DNA of 26,845 bases from a virus (Duplodnaviria; Caudoviricetes), in the IMG/VR virus record IMGVR_UViG_3300032116_001119, positions 1 to 26,845 of that record. One strand, given 5' to 3'. The notes beneath the pieces are model-generated. The model had not been told where the DNA came from and did no database searches. It saw only the letters and a list, made by a program, of their open reading frames with translations. Of the stretch, positions 7,702-17,099 are shown piece by piece. Numbering within the stretch: position 1 is the first letter of the stretch; every line of letters starts with the position of its first letter. The position numbers were made by a program, and so were the translations under genes.

Positions 7702-8664
7702 ATGTCTGAAGCCACCACGATCCTGACTCCGCCAGCTGCTTCTGCCGCTGGAGCCCCGCCCGCTGCTGCTGTTCCTCCGGCAGCGTCCCCGGCTGCCGCA
7801 GCAACCCCACCGGCTGCGGCAGTTCCGGGTGCGGGCGACCAGGGCGGTTCGGACTGGCGTGCATTGCTGGCCGGCGAGGACGACAAGGCAAAGCAGATGC
7901 TTGAGCGCTACGCCGACCCCGGCGCGTTCATGAAGACCTTCACCGAGGCGCAGAATACCATCCGTTCCAAGATGGAAGGCGCGATCAAGATCCCCGGCGA
8001 CAACGCGACCGACGAGGACCGCGCTGCATTTGCCAAGGCGCTGGGTATTCCCGAAGCGCCGGACAAGTACGAGCGTGTCGAACCGCCGAAGGGCCTCGAC
8101 CTTGGCGAAGGCGACAGGGCTTTCATCGATGCCAAGCTGGCGGACCTGCACAAGAAGGGCGGGTTCACGGCCCATCCTGAAGTCGCAAAGACATTCCAGG
8201 CGCTTTACTACGACGCGCTGAACGAGCGCGCTGCCCAGATGGCGGCCGCGGCTGTGGTCAAGGCGCAGGAAGCCGAGCGCCAGCTCCAGAAGGAATGGGG
8301 CGCGGATTACAAGATGAACCTCGGCCTTGCCAATGAGGCGCTGCGCTCGCTTGGCGGTGACGAGGCTGTTGCGCTTCTCGACCAGCAATTCATGGACGGC
8401 ACCACGCTCGGCGCGCATCCGGCAATCATCAAGATGCTGGCCAATGCGGCGCGTGCCACGTCCGAAGACCTGACATTCACGAAGTCGCTCGTGTCGGCCC
8501 CGGCAATGGGCGTCGAGGCGTTGCAGGCTGAGTACGACAAAATGAGGGCATGGCGAAACGGCAGCGCGACTGAGCGCGCCCGCTATGCAGATGCATCCAA
8601 GCCAGGCGGCGACCTTGAGAAGGTCATGGCCCAGCTGGAACGAGCTTCGGGGCGCCGGGCCTAG
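7702..8664 (+). CDS. Capsid scaffolding/assembly protein
   Basis: 320 aa; AAGGAG RBS; Ala/Pro-rich disordered N-terminus, LGIPEAPDKY and LQKEWGADY motifs; directly upstream of the capsid gene. Confidence 0.85.
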   Translation: MSEATTILTPPAASAAGAPPAAAVPPAASPAAAATPPAAAVPGAGDQGGSDWRALLAGEDDKAKQMLERYADPGAFMKTFTEAQNTIRSKMEGAIKIPGDNATDEDRAAFAKALGIPEAPDKYERVEPPKGLDLGEGDRAFIDAKLADLHKKGGFTAHPEVAKTFQALYYDALNERAAQMAAAAVVKAQEAERQLQKEWGADYKMNLGLANEALRSLGGDEAVALLDQQFMDGTTLGAHPAIIKMLANAARATSEDLTFTKSLVSAPAMGVEALQAEYDKMRAWRNGSATERARYADASKPGGDLEKVMAQLERASGRRA

Positions 8665-8684
8665 CCCGCGTTCCATCAGCCAGA

Positions 8685-8838
8685 CCCCCTGTCGCGGCGG
8701 CGATAGGCAGGGGGCGAGGCACGCGGCCAACCCGGTTTCCGGCCCCGCGTTTCTATAAGGCCGCTGTCAGCCCCCGCTTATGCGGGCCAACCTGTCAGCC
8801 AGCCGGATCGCCTTGTTTTCACCCCTCTTTGACAAGGG
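8685..8838 (+). promoter_or_regulatory. Structured capsid mRNA leader with twin CCAAC/CC internal-loop hairpins
   Basis: Hairpins 8685-8714, 8721-8750 and 8763-8799, plus CCCT/AGGG 8823-8838 over the probable SD. Confidence 0.6.
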
Positions 8839-8849
8839 ATCGATAGATC

Positions 8850-9701
8850 ATGTCTGTTTCAACCATCAGTGCGCTTGAGCGTACAAAGTTCGTAGACGAA
8901 ATGAAGGAGGACTTCGAGCGTAACGAGTCCCTCCTCAAGAAGTGCTGCCGTTCGGACGGTCTCATGGCCGGCTCGACCATCAAGTGGGACGTTGTTGGCC
9001 TCTCTGACGAAGCCACGACCCGCACGCGCAACGGCGACATCCCCGAAGGCCAGCTCGCCCTGAGCCAGGTCACGGCGACCGCCAAAGAGCACTTCATGAA
9101 GTACCGCCTCGACTCGTTCGATGCGTTCCGCACGAATCCCAACGTGCGGGGCGCGCAATACAAGAAGGTCGTCGCGGCCACGAACCGCGCGATCGACAAG
9201 GAGATCATCACCCAGCTCGACACGGCGACGGTGCAGGTTAACTCCGGCTCGGCAGTCTCCTTTGCCACGCTGGCCACGTTCCTGACCTGGACCACCACGC
9301 TCTGGGCGAACGATGTCCCGAACGATGGCCGGGTCTGGGGCGTCCTGACGCCGAAGGCTTATGGCCAGATGCTCCGCATCAACGAGTTCAAGTCGAGCGA
9401 CTTCATCACGGTTCGCCCGATGGAGAACGGCATCCCGGCCATGGGCTTCCGCCGCTGGCTGGACGTGAACTGGATCACCCATACCGGCCTGACCGGCACG
9501 GGTACGGCCACGGCGTCCTGCTTCATCTTCCACGAGTCTGCGCTGGGCCACCAGATTGCAGGCGACCCGGAAGTCCACGCCTATTACTACGAGCCGCAAG
9601 ACCGCTCGGAAGTGTGGGCGAAAGTCTGGCACGCTGCGAAGCTCTGCCTTCCCCGCGGCGTGGTCGAAGCCGTCCACGACGACACCGCAGCCTTCGCATA
9701 A
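8850..9701 (+). CDS. Major capsid protein
   Basis: 283 aa, very strong codon bias; AATNRAIDKEII helix and FRRWLDVNWI...CFIFHESALG...GVVE pattern of HK97-fold coats; follows scaffold. Confidence 0.88.
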   Translation: MSVSTISALERTKFVDEMKEDFERNESLLKKCCRSDGLMAGSTIKWDVVGLSDEATTRTRNGDIPEGQLALSQVTATAKEHFMKYRLDSFDAFRTNPNVRGAQYKKVVAATNRAIDKEIITQLDTATVQVNSGSAVSFATLATFLTWTTTLWANDVPNDGRVWGVLTPKAYGQMLRINEFKSSDFITVRPMENGIPAMGFRRWLDVNWITHTGLTGTGTATASCFIFHESALGHQIAGDPEVHAYYYEPQDRSEVWAKVWHAAKLCLPRGVVEAVHDDTAAFA

Positions 9702-9713
9702 GGAGATAAGCAG

Positions 9714-10046
9714 ATGGCTTTCACACCTGATACACTTCACCTCGCGGCTGAGGCCGGCGGCATCCTCGGTTTCAAGCTCTGGGTCTATGACACGACGGAT
9801 GCAACCGGCGTGGTCGATGGCACGGACTACTTTGCTGGCATGTCCGCTCCGGCTTACGGCCACCGCGGCATGGAAGTCGGTGACCTGATCCTGGTCCGGA
9901 TCTGGACGACCTCTGTCCCGGCGACGACGGCAGCTAAGAACGCGGCGAACCCGGCAGATGCCGGTTTCTACATCGTCCGGGCTGTCGATTCGGACGGCAA
10001 CGCCACCACGGCGACCGAGACCGCAATCGTGGTGGCTGCGGGCTAA
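9714..10046 (+). CDS. Virion protein, probable capsid decoration/cement
   Basis: 110 aa; TAAGGAG RBS; Thr/Ala/Gly-rich beta character; immediately after capsid. Function inferred from position. Confidence 0.65.
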   Translation: MAFTPDTLHLAAEAGGILGFKLWVYDTTDATGVVDGTDYFAGMSAPAYGHRGMEVGDLILVRIWTTSVPATTAAKNAANPADAGFYIVRAVDSDGNATTATETAIVVAAG

Positions 10047-10075
10047 CCGGCTCCGTAACTCACCCATACACGGCG

Positions 10076-10103
10076 AGGGGGCTAGGTTCATCCTGGCCCC
10101 CTT
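10076..10103 (+). terminator. Strong hairpin, partial terminator or mRNA stabiliser
   Basis: AGGGGGCTAGG-TTCAT-CCTGGCCCCCT; poor U tail; lies after the two high-copy head genes. Confidence 0.55.
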
Positions 10104-10118
10104 AGCTATGGAGCAAGC

Positions 10119-10634
10119 ATGACAGTCCGCTGCGAAGACAAGAACCTGAAGCTCGAAGTGGCGGGCTCGACCCGCAACAAGTACCACTGCCGCGTGCCGG
10201 TGACGCATTCCGTCGATGACGTGCTGAACCCGGACTATTTCGGCCTGCTTCAGTCCAGCAACCGCCTCACGGTAGGCGACCGGATCGAAGTCGAGTGGCA
10301 GGATTTTTCCTGCATGTTCGAGCTCGTCGTCCTTGCCCAGACCAATATCAGCCAGCTGATCTGCCGCCGCGTGACGGAGATCGTGACGTTTGGCGAGATG
10401 GCGTTCCCGAAAGACTGGGAAGCCAAGTGGATGGGCGACGCCGAGAAGTACGGCATCTTCTATAAAAACACGCTGAAGGATGCGGGGCACCTGTCCAAGG
10501 AAGCTGCCCTGACCCGCGTGAATGCGATGATCGCTGCCGATGCACAGGCCGCACAGGGCCGGGCGATGAATGCCGGCATGGTGGCAGAGCCCAAAGCCAA
10601 GGCGAAGGTCAAGGCAGACGAGGCGGCGGCGTGA
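10119..10634 (+). CDS. Hypothetical protein
   Basis: 171 aa; GGAG RBS; DDVLNPDYF..LTVGDRIEV. Confidence 0.8.
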   Translation: MTVRCEDKNLKLEVAGSTRNKYHCRVPVTHSVDDVLNPDYFGLLQSSNRLTVGDRIEVEWQDFSCMFELVVLAQTNISQLICRRVTEIVTFGEMAFPKDWEAKWMGDAEKYGIFYKNTLKDAGHLSKEAALTRVNAMIAADAQAAQGRAMNAGMVAEPKAKAKVKADEAAA

Positions 10635-10867
10635 GCGAGGGCAAAACACAAATTCCAGTCGTGCAGTTTCTGGCCGCTAACAAAGCCTACGCGGTATCCC
10701 AGCGTTTGGCTGGTGTGGTAGCGGCTCGCCTTGATGCCGAGCCCGCTTTTGCTGCTTGGCTTCAGGAGCAGGCGGACATGCTGCGAGACGTGCATGACGA
10801 CCTGTATGGAAGACCGCAGGCCGAAGCAAAATTGCACGTAATCAATAATTCCTCAGCGGAAACCTAA
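10631..10867 (+). CDS. Hypothetical protein
   Basis: 78 aa; GTGA overlap; fills the gap to the next gene; weaker codon bias. Confidence 0.55.
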   Translation: MSEGKTQIPVVQFLAANKAYAVSQRLAGVVAARLDAEPAFAAWLQEQADMLRDVHDDLYGRPQAEAKLHVINNSSAET

Positions 10868-10870
10868 CCC

Positions 10871-11476
10871 ATGCCCACGCAGGCGACCGTATTGAAGAAT
10901 GCGCTTCGCCTGCTGGGCGAGCCGTCGAGTGTCGGCATCGACAGCGACAAGAAAATCGTCCGCGAGATCATGGGCGCATGGGAAGACGTGGCGGGGCGAT
11001 TGTTCGAGTCGCACCCGTGGAACGCTTTCAAGTCCGTTGCCCAGCTGACGCAGGTCACGCCGGCAGTGCTCGGCTGGGAATACACGTTCAACCAGCCCGC
11101 CAATTGCAAGCGGGTGATTTTCGTGTCGGACGTGCTGAACGAAGACGGCTACCCGATCGAGTACACCTGGCACGCGGGCAAGATCCTGTCGAACCACGAG
11201 ACGACCTATTGCTGGTTCGTGGACGGCGCGTACATCGAGCAGGTTGGCGGCTGGCCCTCGACCTTTGCAGACCTGCACGCGGCGCACCTTGCGAGCGAGG
11301 TCTACCCCGTCAACGACGAGAGCGACAACACCCGCAGCCGGATCGACACAGCGATCGTGGACCGGGGCAATGCGGCGCGGGCCTTTGACGGCTCGACGGA
11401 CCCGATCGTGAGAAGCAAGCCGGGCGAGTACCTGCGGTCCCGGCGCGGCTGGCGTCCGGGCGGCTGGAGAGGGTGA
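10871..11476 (+). CDS. Tail tubular protein A / adaptor (T7 gp11-like)
   Basis: 201 aa; NALRLLGE, HPWNAF and WEYTFNQPANC motifs; position. Confidence 0.85.
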   Translation: MPTQATVLKNALRLLGEPSSVGIDSDKKIVREIMGAWEDVAGRLFESHPWNAFKSVAQLTQVTPAVLGWEYTFNQPANCKRVIFVSDVLNEDGYPIEYTWHAGKILSNHETTYCWFVDGAYIEQVGGWPSTFADLHAAHLASEVYPVNDESDNTRSRIDTAIVDRGNAARAFDGSTDPIVRSKPGEYLRSRRGWRPGGWRG

Positions 11477-11517
11477 CATGTACAACCTCCTGACCCTGAC
11501 TTCGAAGGGCTGATGCA

Positions 11518-12006
11518 ATGGCCAAATCCAAGTCGGAAGTGGTCGCGTTCAATGCGGGCGAGCTTGGCAAGGAAGCCCTTGCCCGTGTCGATCTCCAAAA
11601 CTACGCCCGCGGCGCCGAGATCATGGAGAACATCTTCCCGCTGAGACAAGGCGGGATGACCAAGGCGCCGGGCACGATATTCGTAGGCGAGACGCCGGAC
11701 AGCGCGGTGGCATTGCTCCGGCCGTGGGTCACAAGCGACGTTGCGCGGTTTGCCCTTGAGATCAGCGGCTCGAAGATCCGGTTCGTGGTCGATGGCGGCT
11801 ATGTCACGCTTGAGGGCGCGGCTGCGACCGTGGGCAGCTGGACAGACGAGAGCGCTGTCATTCCGAGCGGCGGCGGCACGGCTCCTGATGGCGGCACAGG
11901 CGACATTGGCGGCGGCAGCGAAGGCGGCAGCGGCGGCTTTGGCGGCGGCTTCTTTGATGGCGGTCTTGGCGGGTTCAGCGGCCTTGGCGGGGGCTATATC
12001 CCATGA
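11518..12006 (+). CDS. Tail tubular protein B / nozzle, N-terminal part, with Gly-rich tail
   Basis: AFNAGEL..ARVDLQNY..ENIFPLRQGGMTKAPGT is the characteristic nozzle N-terminus; ends in about 45 Gly-rich residues. Confidence 0.8.
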   Translation: MAKSKSEVVAFNAGELGKEALARVDLQNYARGAEIMENIFPLRQGGMTKAPGTIFVGETPDSAVALLRPWVTSDVARFALEISGSKIRFVVDGGYVTLEGAAATVGSWTDESAVIPSGGGTAPDGGTGDIGGGSEGGSGGFGGGFFDGGLGGFSGLGGGYIP

Positions 12007-14294
12007 GCGCGTCCATTGCGGCAGTCGGGGCCGTGGTTACGTTTACGGGCGCGGCCGGAGAACGCGCTATTGCGCAAGTGGAAGTCACGACCGCTGCGCC
12101 TACCGATGCGGTCAGCTACAAGTTCAAGATCACGCGGCGCGTGCTGCGCCTCCGGGTTGGGTCAACGTCTGACGGTGAGGACATCGTCCAGGCTTCCTCG
12201 TTTGGCCCCGGCGACCATGTCGTCACGTTCACACCGGGCGTGTCGCCCTACTATGTCCAGTTCTTCCTTGAGGGCGTCGGCACGGCCACGCTCGAAGGCT
12301 TTGCCCGCATTGCTGCCGGGATACTTGAGCTGCCGAGCCCGTGGACGGCTGACGAAATCCCGAGCCTGAGACACGACCAGAGTTTCAATACGATGTGGTT
12401 CTGCGGCGCAGGCAAGGACATCCATGTGCTTGAGCGGCGCGGCGCGCTGTCCTGGTCGATCCGCCCGTTCCTCCAGCTGGACGGGCCGTTCGCTCCGATC
12501 AACCTTGGCAATACCACGCTGACCCCGAGCGCACAGACCGGCACGGTCACGCTCACGGCAAACAGACCGCTGTTCGGCACCTATGATGTGGGCGCACTGA
12601 TCCGCCTGACGCATAGCGGCCAGTTCGTCACGATCGGCGCTTCGGCGGTAGACGATGTGACGGACCCGGTCGAGATCACGGGCGTCGGCAACACGAGGCA
12701 GCTGTACTATTCTGTCACCGGCACCTTCGTAGGGACGCTTCTGCTTGAGCGCTCGATCGGCAACACGGTGAACTACCAGACTGTGCTGACGGTCACTACG
12801 GCGAGCGAGGCGTATTACCAGGACGACCTCGACAACCAGGTCGTCTATTATCGCTGGCGGATGAGCGCTTATACGTCCGGGTCGGCTGTCGCCAGCATCT
12901 CGTTCCCGTCTGGTGTGACGGATGGCATCGCCAAGATCATCACAGTCACGGCTGACAATGCCGTCACGGCGGATGTCATCACGCCGTTTGGTTCGCTTGT
13001 CGCCACCTCGCTCTGGTCGTTTGGCGACTGGTCGGGCCGGTACGGCTATCCTGATGCCGTGGCGCTGTTCGATGGCAGGCTGTGGTTCGGACGGGGCAAC
13101 CAGTACTGGGGGTCGGTCAGCGACAATTTCGGCAGCTTTGCAATCGGCCCGCTGGCCAGTGACGCGATCGGCCGCAGCTTTGGCGGGCGGATGTCGGCGG
13201 TGCGCTGGCTGTGCGGCGCTGGCGGGCTGCTGGCAGGGTTGTCTGGATTTGAAAGCGAGATCGGTAGCAACGCTTATGGCGACGTGTTGAAGCCTGAAAA
13301 CGTGCGCGCGTTCAACAAGACCACAAAGGGCTCCGCCGATGCCAATCCCGCCTTGGTCGATCAAGCTGCGATGTTTATCAACCGCAGCCGACAGCGGATA
13401 TATCGGTTCGGGTACAGCAACTCCGCCACCGACCTGGAGCGCGGCAGTGTCATTGACCTGACGCGCTTGCACCGCGAGATCGCCTCGACGCTGGGCTTTG
13501 TCGAAATCGACTGGCAGCAGGAGCCGGAGCCGCGTCTGTGGTGCGTGCGGGGCGACGGCGAGGTCGGGGTGCTGGTGTTCGACGCTGATGAAGGCGTCGT
13601 GGCGTGGAGCCGGATCAAGATGGACGGCTTTGTCGAGTCGGTCTGCTGCCTGCCTACGGACGGAGCGGAGGACGAGGTTTACATGGTCGTGCGGCGCACG
13701 GTCGATGGCGAGACGGTGCGGTATGTCGAGCGCCTTGCGCCCGAGGCATGGGACGAAATCGAGGACGCCTGGCGCCTGCACTGCGCGCTGGAGTATGACG
13801 ACGAGGCCACGACAACGCTGTCCGGCTTGGAGCATCTGGAAGCGCGCACGGATGTGTATGTCTGGGCCAATGGCCAGCAGGCCGGGCCGTTCACGGTGAC
13901 GGACGGTGAGATCGAGCTGGATTTCGAGGTCACGTATGCCATCGCGGGGCTGCTGTACGAGGGCAAGTACAAGTCCGGCCGCCTCGCATGGGGCGCGCAG
14001 ATGGGCGCTTCGCTGGTTGCCAACAAGCAGTTGGAGAAGCTGGGGCTGGTGATCCACCGCACCGCAGGCGCGGCGCTGAAGTGGGGGCCGGACTTCACCG
14101 ACATGGAGCCGTTGGACGACCGCATTGCCGATGGCTCGCTGACGTTCGACAGCGCCGTCCAAGAATGGAACGGCGACCACGAGTTCAACGTGCATAGCTG
14201 GACCGAGCGCGACACGCGGCTGCATATCTCGATGCCGACCGCGGGGCCTGCGACGGTGCTGGCATTGGTGAACACTTTGAAGGTGAACGGTTGA
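12003..14294 (+). CDS. Tail tubular protein B / nozzle, main body (T7 gp12-like)
   Basis: 763 aa, beta-rich; GYPDAVALFDGRLWF, WQQEPEPRLWCVRGDG, VVAWSR and LSGLEHLE motifs. Confidence 0.88.
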   Translation: MSASIAAVGAVVTFTGAAGERAIAQVEVTTAAPTDAVSYKFKITRRVLRLRVGSTSDGEDIVQASSFGPGDHVVTFTPGVSPYYVQFFLEGVGTATLEGFARIAAGILELPSPWTADEIPSLRHDQSFNTMWFCGAGKDIHVLERRGALSWSIRPFLQLDGPFAPINLGNTTLTPSAQTGTVTLTANRPLFGTYDVGALIRLTHSGQFVTIGASAVDDVTDPVEITGVGNTRQLYYSVTGTFVGTLLLERSIGNTVNYQTVLTVTTASEAYYQDDLDNQVVYYRWRMSAYTSGSAVASISFPSGVTDGIAKIITVTADNAVTADVITPFGSLVATSLWSFGDWSGRYGYPDAVALFDGRLWFGRGNQYWGSVSDNFGSFAIGPLASDAIGRSFGGRMSAVRWLCGAGGLLAGLSGFESEIGSNAYGDVLKPENVRAFNKTTKGSADANPALVDQAAMFINRSRQRIYRFGYSNSATDLERGSVIDLTRLHREIASTLGFVEIDWQQEPEPRLWCVRGDGEVGVLVFDADEGVVAWSRIKMDGFVESVCCLPTDGAEDEVYMVVRRTVDGETVRYVERLAPEAWDEIEDAWRLHCALEYDDEATTTLSGLEHLEARTDVYVWANGQQAGPFTVTDGEIELDFEVTYAIAGLLYEGKYKSGRLAWGAQMGASLVANKQLEKLGLVIHRTAGAALKWGPDFTDMEPLDDRIADGSLTFDSAVQEWNGDHEFNVHSWTERDTRLHISMPTAGPATVLALVNTLKVNG

Positions 14295-14755
14295 GAACCG
14301 AGCTCTTGACCGGCTGGCACTTTGTCGAGATCGGGCTGGGCTACGCGCCGGAAGACGTGTCTGGCTTTGCGCTGCGGGACGATGACGGAAAGCTGCTCGC
14401 AATGGGCGGGCTGTGGTTCATCGATGACCGCGCCGTGGCGACGTTCTGGTCGAGGCCCGGCTGGACACCTAAACCCCGCGTCCACCGCCTTGCGATAAAG
14501 ATAGTTGATGCGGCGGTTCACGCTGGTGTCACAGAGATATGGGCGGAGGAAGATGCGCGTGTCCCGAATGCCCGCAAGTGGTTGGAAAGATTTGGTTTTG
14601 AGCGTGTCGGACAAGCTGAAGACGGATTGCCGTTGTGGAGGCTCGACCTAGATGGCCGAGCCCGTGACAATGACCATGATGGCCGTGGGCGCGGCCACCA
14701 GCGCAATGGGCTCCATCAGCCAGGGCCGTGCAGCGAACGCAGCGGGCAAGTATAA
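14291..14755 (+). CDS. GNAT-fold protein at the T7 gp13 position
   Basis: TTG start overlapping the previous stop; LLAMGGL and NARKWLERFGFE GNAT-like motifs; 3' end overlaps the next gene by 104 nt. Confidence 0.7.
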   Translation: MRTELLTGWHFVEIGLGYAPEDVSGFALRDDDGKLLAMGGLWFIDDRAVATFWSRPGWTPKPRVHRLAIKIVDAAVHAGVTEIWAEEDARVPNARKWLERFGFERVGQAEDGLPLWRLDLDGRARDNDHDGRGRGHQRNGLHQPGPCSERSGQV

Positions 14756-15236
14756 CCAGCGCGCGGCGCAGGCTGAAGCTGCCGCCATGGAGATACAGGC
14801 CGGGCAGGAGATTGCCGGCGCCTCGCACAATTCGGCGCGCATTGCCCAGCGGATGCGCGAAATCCTTGCCGAGCAGCAGGCAGCTGCTGCGTCTGGCGGT
14901 GGCTCGACACAGGACGCGACCGTTGTGGCGATCCGCGACGAGGCGGTGAAAACCTCGACGCTCGACCAGCTGCTTGAGATGACGGCTGCGGAGGAGCGGG
15001 CTGAACACATCAAGCGCGGTGCCCGTGTGACCCGTGACGAGGGCTACATGGCCCGCCAGCAGGGCAAGGCGGCGCAGACGGCAGGATACCTGCAAGCTGG
15101 GGCTTCGCTGCTGAGTGCGGGCTCTACATGGGCCGACAAGTTCGGCACCGGCAGTGTGCCGAAGACGGGCGTCGGCGCGGCTGCTGGCGGCATGACGAGC
15201 ACGATCGGCTCAACCATCAAAAAGTATAAGGGCTAG
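14652..15236 (+). CDS. Internal virion / ejection protein (T7 gp14-like)
   Basis: 194 aa, Ala/Gln/Gly-rich; hydrophobic N-terminus then SQGRAANAAGKYNQ; GGAGG RBS. Confidence 0.8.
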   Translation: MAEPVTMTMMAVGAATSAMGSISQGRAANAAGKYNQRAAQAEAAAMEIQAGQEIAGASHNSARIAQRMREILAEQQAAAASGGGSTQDATVVAIRDEAVKTSTLDQLLEMTAAEERAEHIKRGARVTRDEGYMARQQGKAAQTAGYLQAGASLLSAGSTWADKFGTGSVPKTGVGAAAGGMTSTIGSTIKKYKG

Positions 15237-15239
15237 GCC

Positions 15240-17090
15240 ATGGCCAAGCTCCCCCGCTCCCCCATCTCGGTTGACGTTCAGACCAACTACCGCCCCGTGC
15301 GCGAGGCGCGGGCGAGCGGCGCTGATCCTGTCGGGCAGGCGATGGAGCAGGTCGGCAACGCAGGCTTCGAGATTGCAACCCGCATGGCGGATGCGAAGAT
15401 TGCGGCAGATGCGGCTGAGGCTTCGATCCGCCTGCGCTCGCGCCTCGATGAAGAATCCCGCGCGATCGAGAACGACATGGAGGGCGACCCTGCGGGGTTT
15501 GAGGCCCGGTTCCGTGAGCGTGCTGCTGCGATAGCGAACGAAGAAGCGGGGAAGATGTCGAGCCCGGCCATGAAGCGCGCCTTTGCGCTGAAGGCCCAGG
15601 AGCAGACCGAGACCTATTCGATCAATATGCGCGACGTGACCCGGCGCCGGCAGGTCGAAGGCGTCAAGGCGCAGACCATGAAGGTCGGCGCGGACTATGA
15701 ACTGCTGGCGAAAGACCCGTCGAAGCCCCGCGAGTTGCTGGAGCAGTCCCGCGACGATTACCTCGCGCTGATTGACCGGCAGCAGAAGGCGGGCATCTAC
15801 ACGCCGGACGTGGCCGAGGCGGCGCGGATCGCGGCGAATGAGGTGTACCGCGCAGGCGTCACGACGCGGCACCTGACGAACGTCGATACGATGCTGGACG
15901 CAGGCCGGTATGGCGAGGCCGAGGAATACTTCAAGGCCAACTACGGCGAGATGGACCCGGCCCAGCGCGAGAAGGCTGAGCAGGTGCTGGAGACGAAGAG
16001 GCGCGACGGTCAGGCCGTTTCGCTCGCGGATGAATACTGGGCAGCATCAGGCAGCAACTACGGCGCAGCCATTGCTGAAGCGGCAAAGATTGAAGACCCA
16101 GACCTGCGACTGAAAACCGAGGCGCGGATTGCGCAGCTTGAAAGCCAGAGGACAGCCGCTGAAGGCATCAAGGACGACGCCGACTGGAACGCCGGCATGG
16201 AGTACGTCACCACGGGGCGGCCAATTCCTGCATCCATCATGCGCGAGGCATCGCCCAAGGTGCGCGACCTGTTGCAAACCGAGGAGCGTTCGCGTGCGCT
16301 TTGGGCGCAACAGATGGCGACAGCCAGCGCTGAGGAGAGGGCAGCCTTGCGTGAACTCAGCATGGGCAACTATCGCAGCCTCAAAGCCGCCGTCATCAGC
16401 GATCCGGAGCTTGCGATGGCGGGCACGCGCGCTGTGTTGGCAGACCCCTATCTGGCTGACCTGTACCAGAACATGACGCAGGACGAGCGCGGACAATTTG
16501 ACCTCGACATGGCGAACGCTGCCAAGAATGGTGGAGCGCCTGTGGACTCGGTGTCGAAGGCCTACAAAGCGGTCGTGGCGGTTGCCGGTGTCTACCTGCC
16601 TGAAGGCCTGACCGCAAAGAAATATTCCGACAAATTCAAGGGCCTTGGCGAGGGCGATCCGGCAGCAAGGAAGTACGGGGCAGACAAGACCAAGAAAGAC
16701 CCAGCTATCCTGTTCGAGCGCGAGCTGATGCGCCTCGTGGAAGACGAAGTGCGGCGCACTGGCAATCCGGAAATTCCGGCAGATCGCGCCAAGCAACTGA
16801 TTGCCCTGTCATATGCGGCGGCCGGCAAGAAGGAAGACGGCAGCACGGCGTACCCGATCAGTCAGGACCTTGCGGGCGGCATTGTCTCGACGCAGGCACA
16901 GCGCGATGTGCTGGACTTCCGCCGCATGAACCCGGACCTCTGGTCGGAAGCCACGGCCATGGTCCGCTCGAAATACCCGGAAGCGTCCGACGCGCTCATT
17001 CTGGCCGAGGCCCGAAGAATCAGGGCATATCAGGACGCAGAGGCGGCAGCCGGCTTTGTTGGCTCGCTGTTTGGCGGCAAGAAGGAATAG
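15240..17090 (+). CDS. Internal virion / ejection protein (T7 gp15 position)
   Basis: 616 aa, helical, MAKLP start; assigned by synteny. Confidence 0.72.
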   Translation: MAKLPRSPISVDVQTNYRPVREARASGADPVGQAMEQVGNAGFEIATRMADAKIAADAAEASIRLRSRLDEESRAIENDMEGDPAGFEARFRERAAAIANEEAGKMSSPAMKRAFALKAQEQTETYSINMRDVTRRRQVEGVKAQTMKVGADYELLAKDPSKPRELLEQSRDDYLALIDRQQKAGIYTPDVAEAARIAANEVYRAGVTTRHLTNVDTMLDAGRYGEAEEYFKANYGEMDPAQREKAEQVLETKRRDGQAVSLADEYWAASGSNYGAAIAEAAKIEDPDLRLKTEARIAQLESQRTAAEGIKDDADWNAGMEYVTTGRPIPASIMREASPKVRDLLQTEERSRALWAQQMATASAEERAALRELSMGNYRSLKAAVISDPELAMAGTRAVLADPYLADLYQNMTQDERGQFDLDMANAAKNGGAPVDSVSKAYKAVVAVAGVYLPEGLTAKKYSDKFKGLGEGDPAARKYGADKTKKDPAILFERELMRLVEDEVRRTGNPEIPADRAKQLIALSYAAAGKKEDGSTAYPISQDLAGGIVSTQAQRDVLDFRRMNPDLWSEATAMVRSKYPEASDALILAEARRIRAYQDAEAAAGFVGSLFGGKKE

Positions 17091-17099
17091 GCCCAAGAA

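Noticed and set aside
7730-7830. Low-complexity GC repeats in the scaffold N-terminus (also 5140-5175 and 11868-11995)
   Set aside because: Explained by Ala/Pro or Gly-rich coding; no regular repeat-spacer period, so not a CRISPR array or VNTR.
14652-14755. 104 nt overlap between the GNAT-like and gp14-like genes as a special dual-coding element
   Set aside because: The GNAT tail in the overlap looks like unselected run-on sequence after the domain ends.
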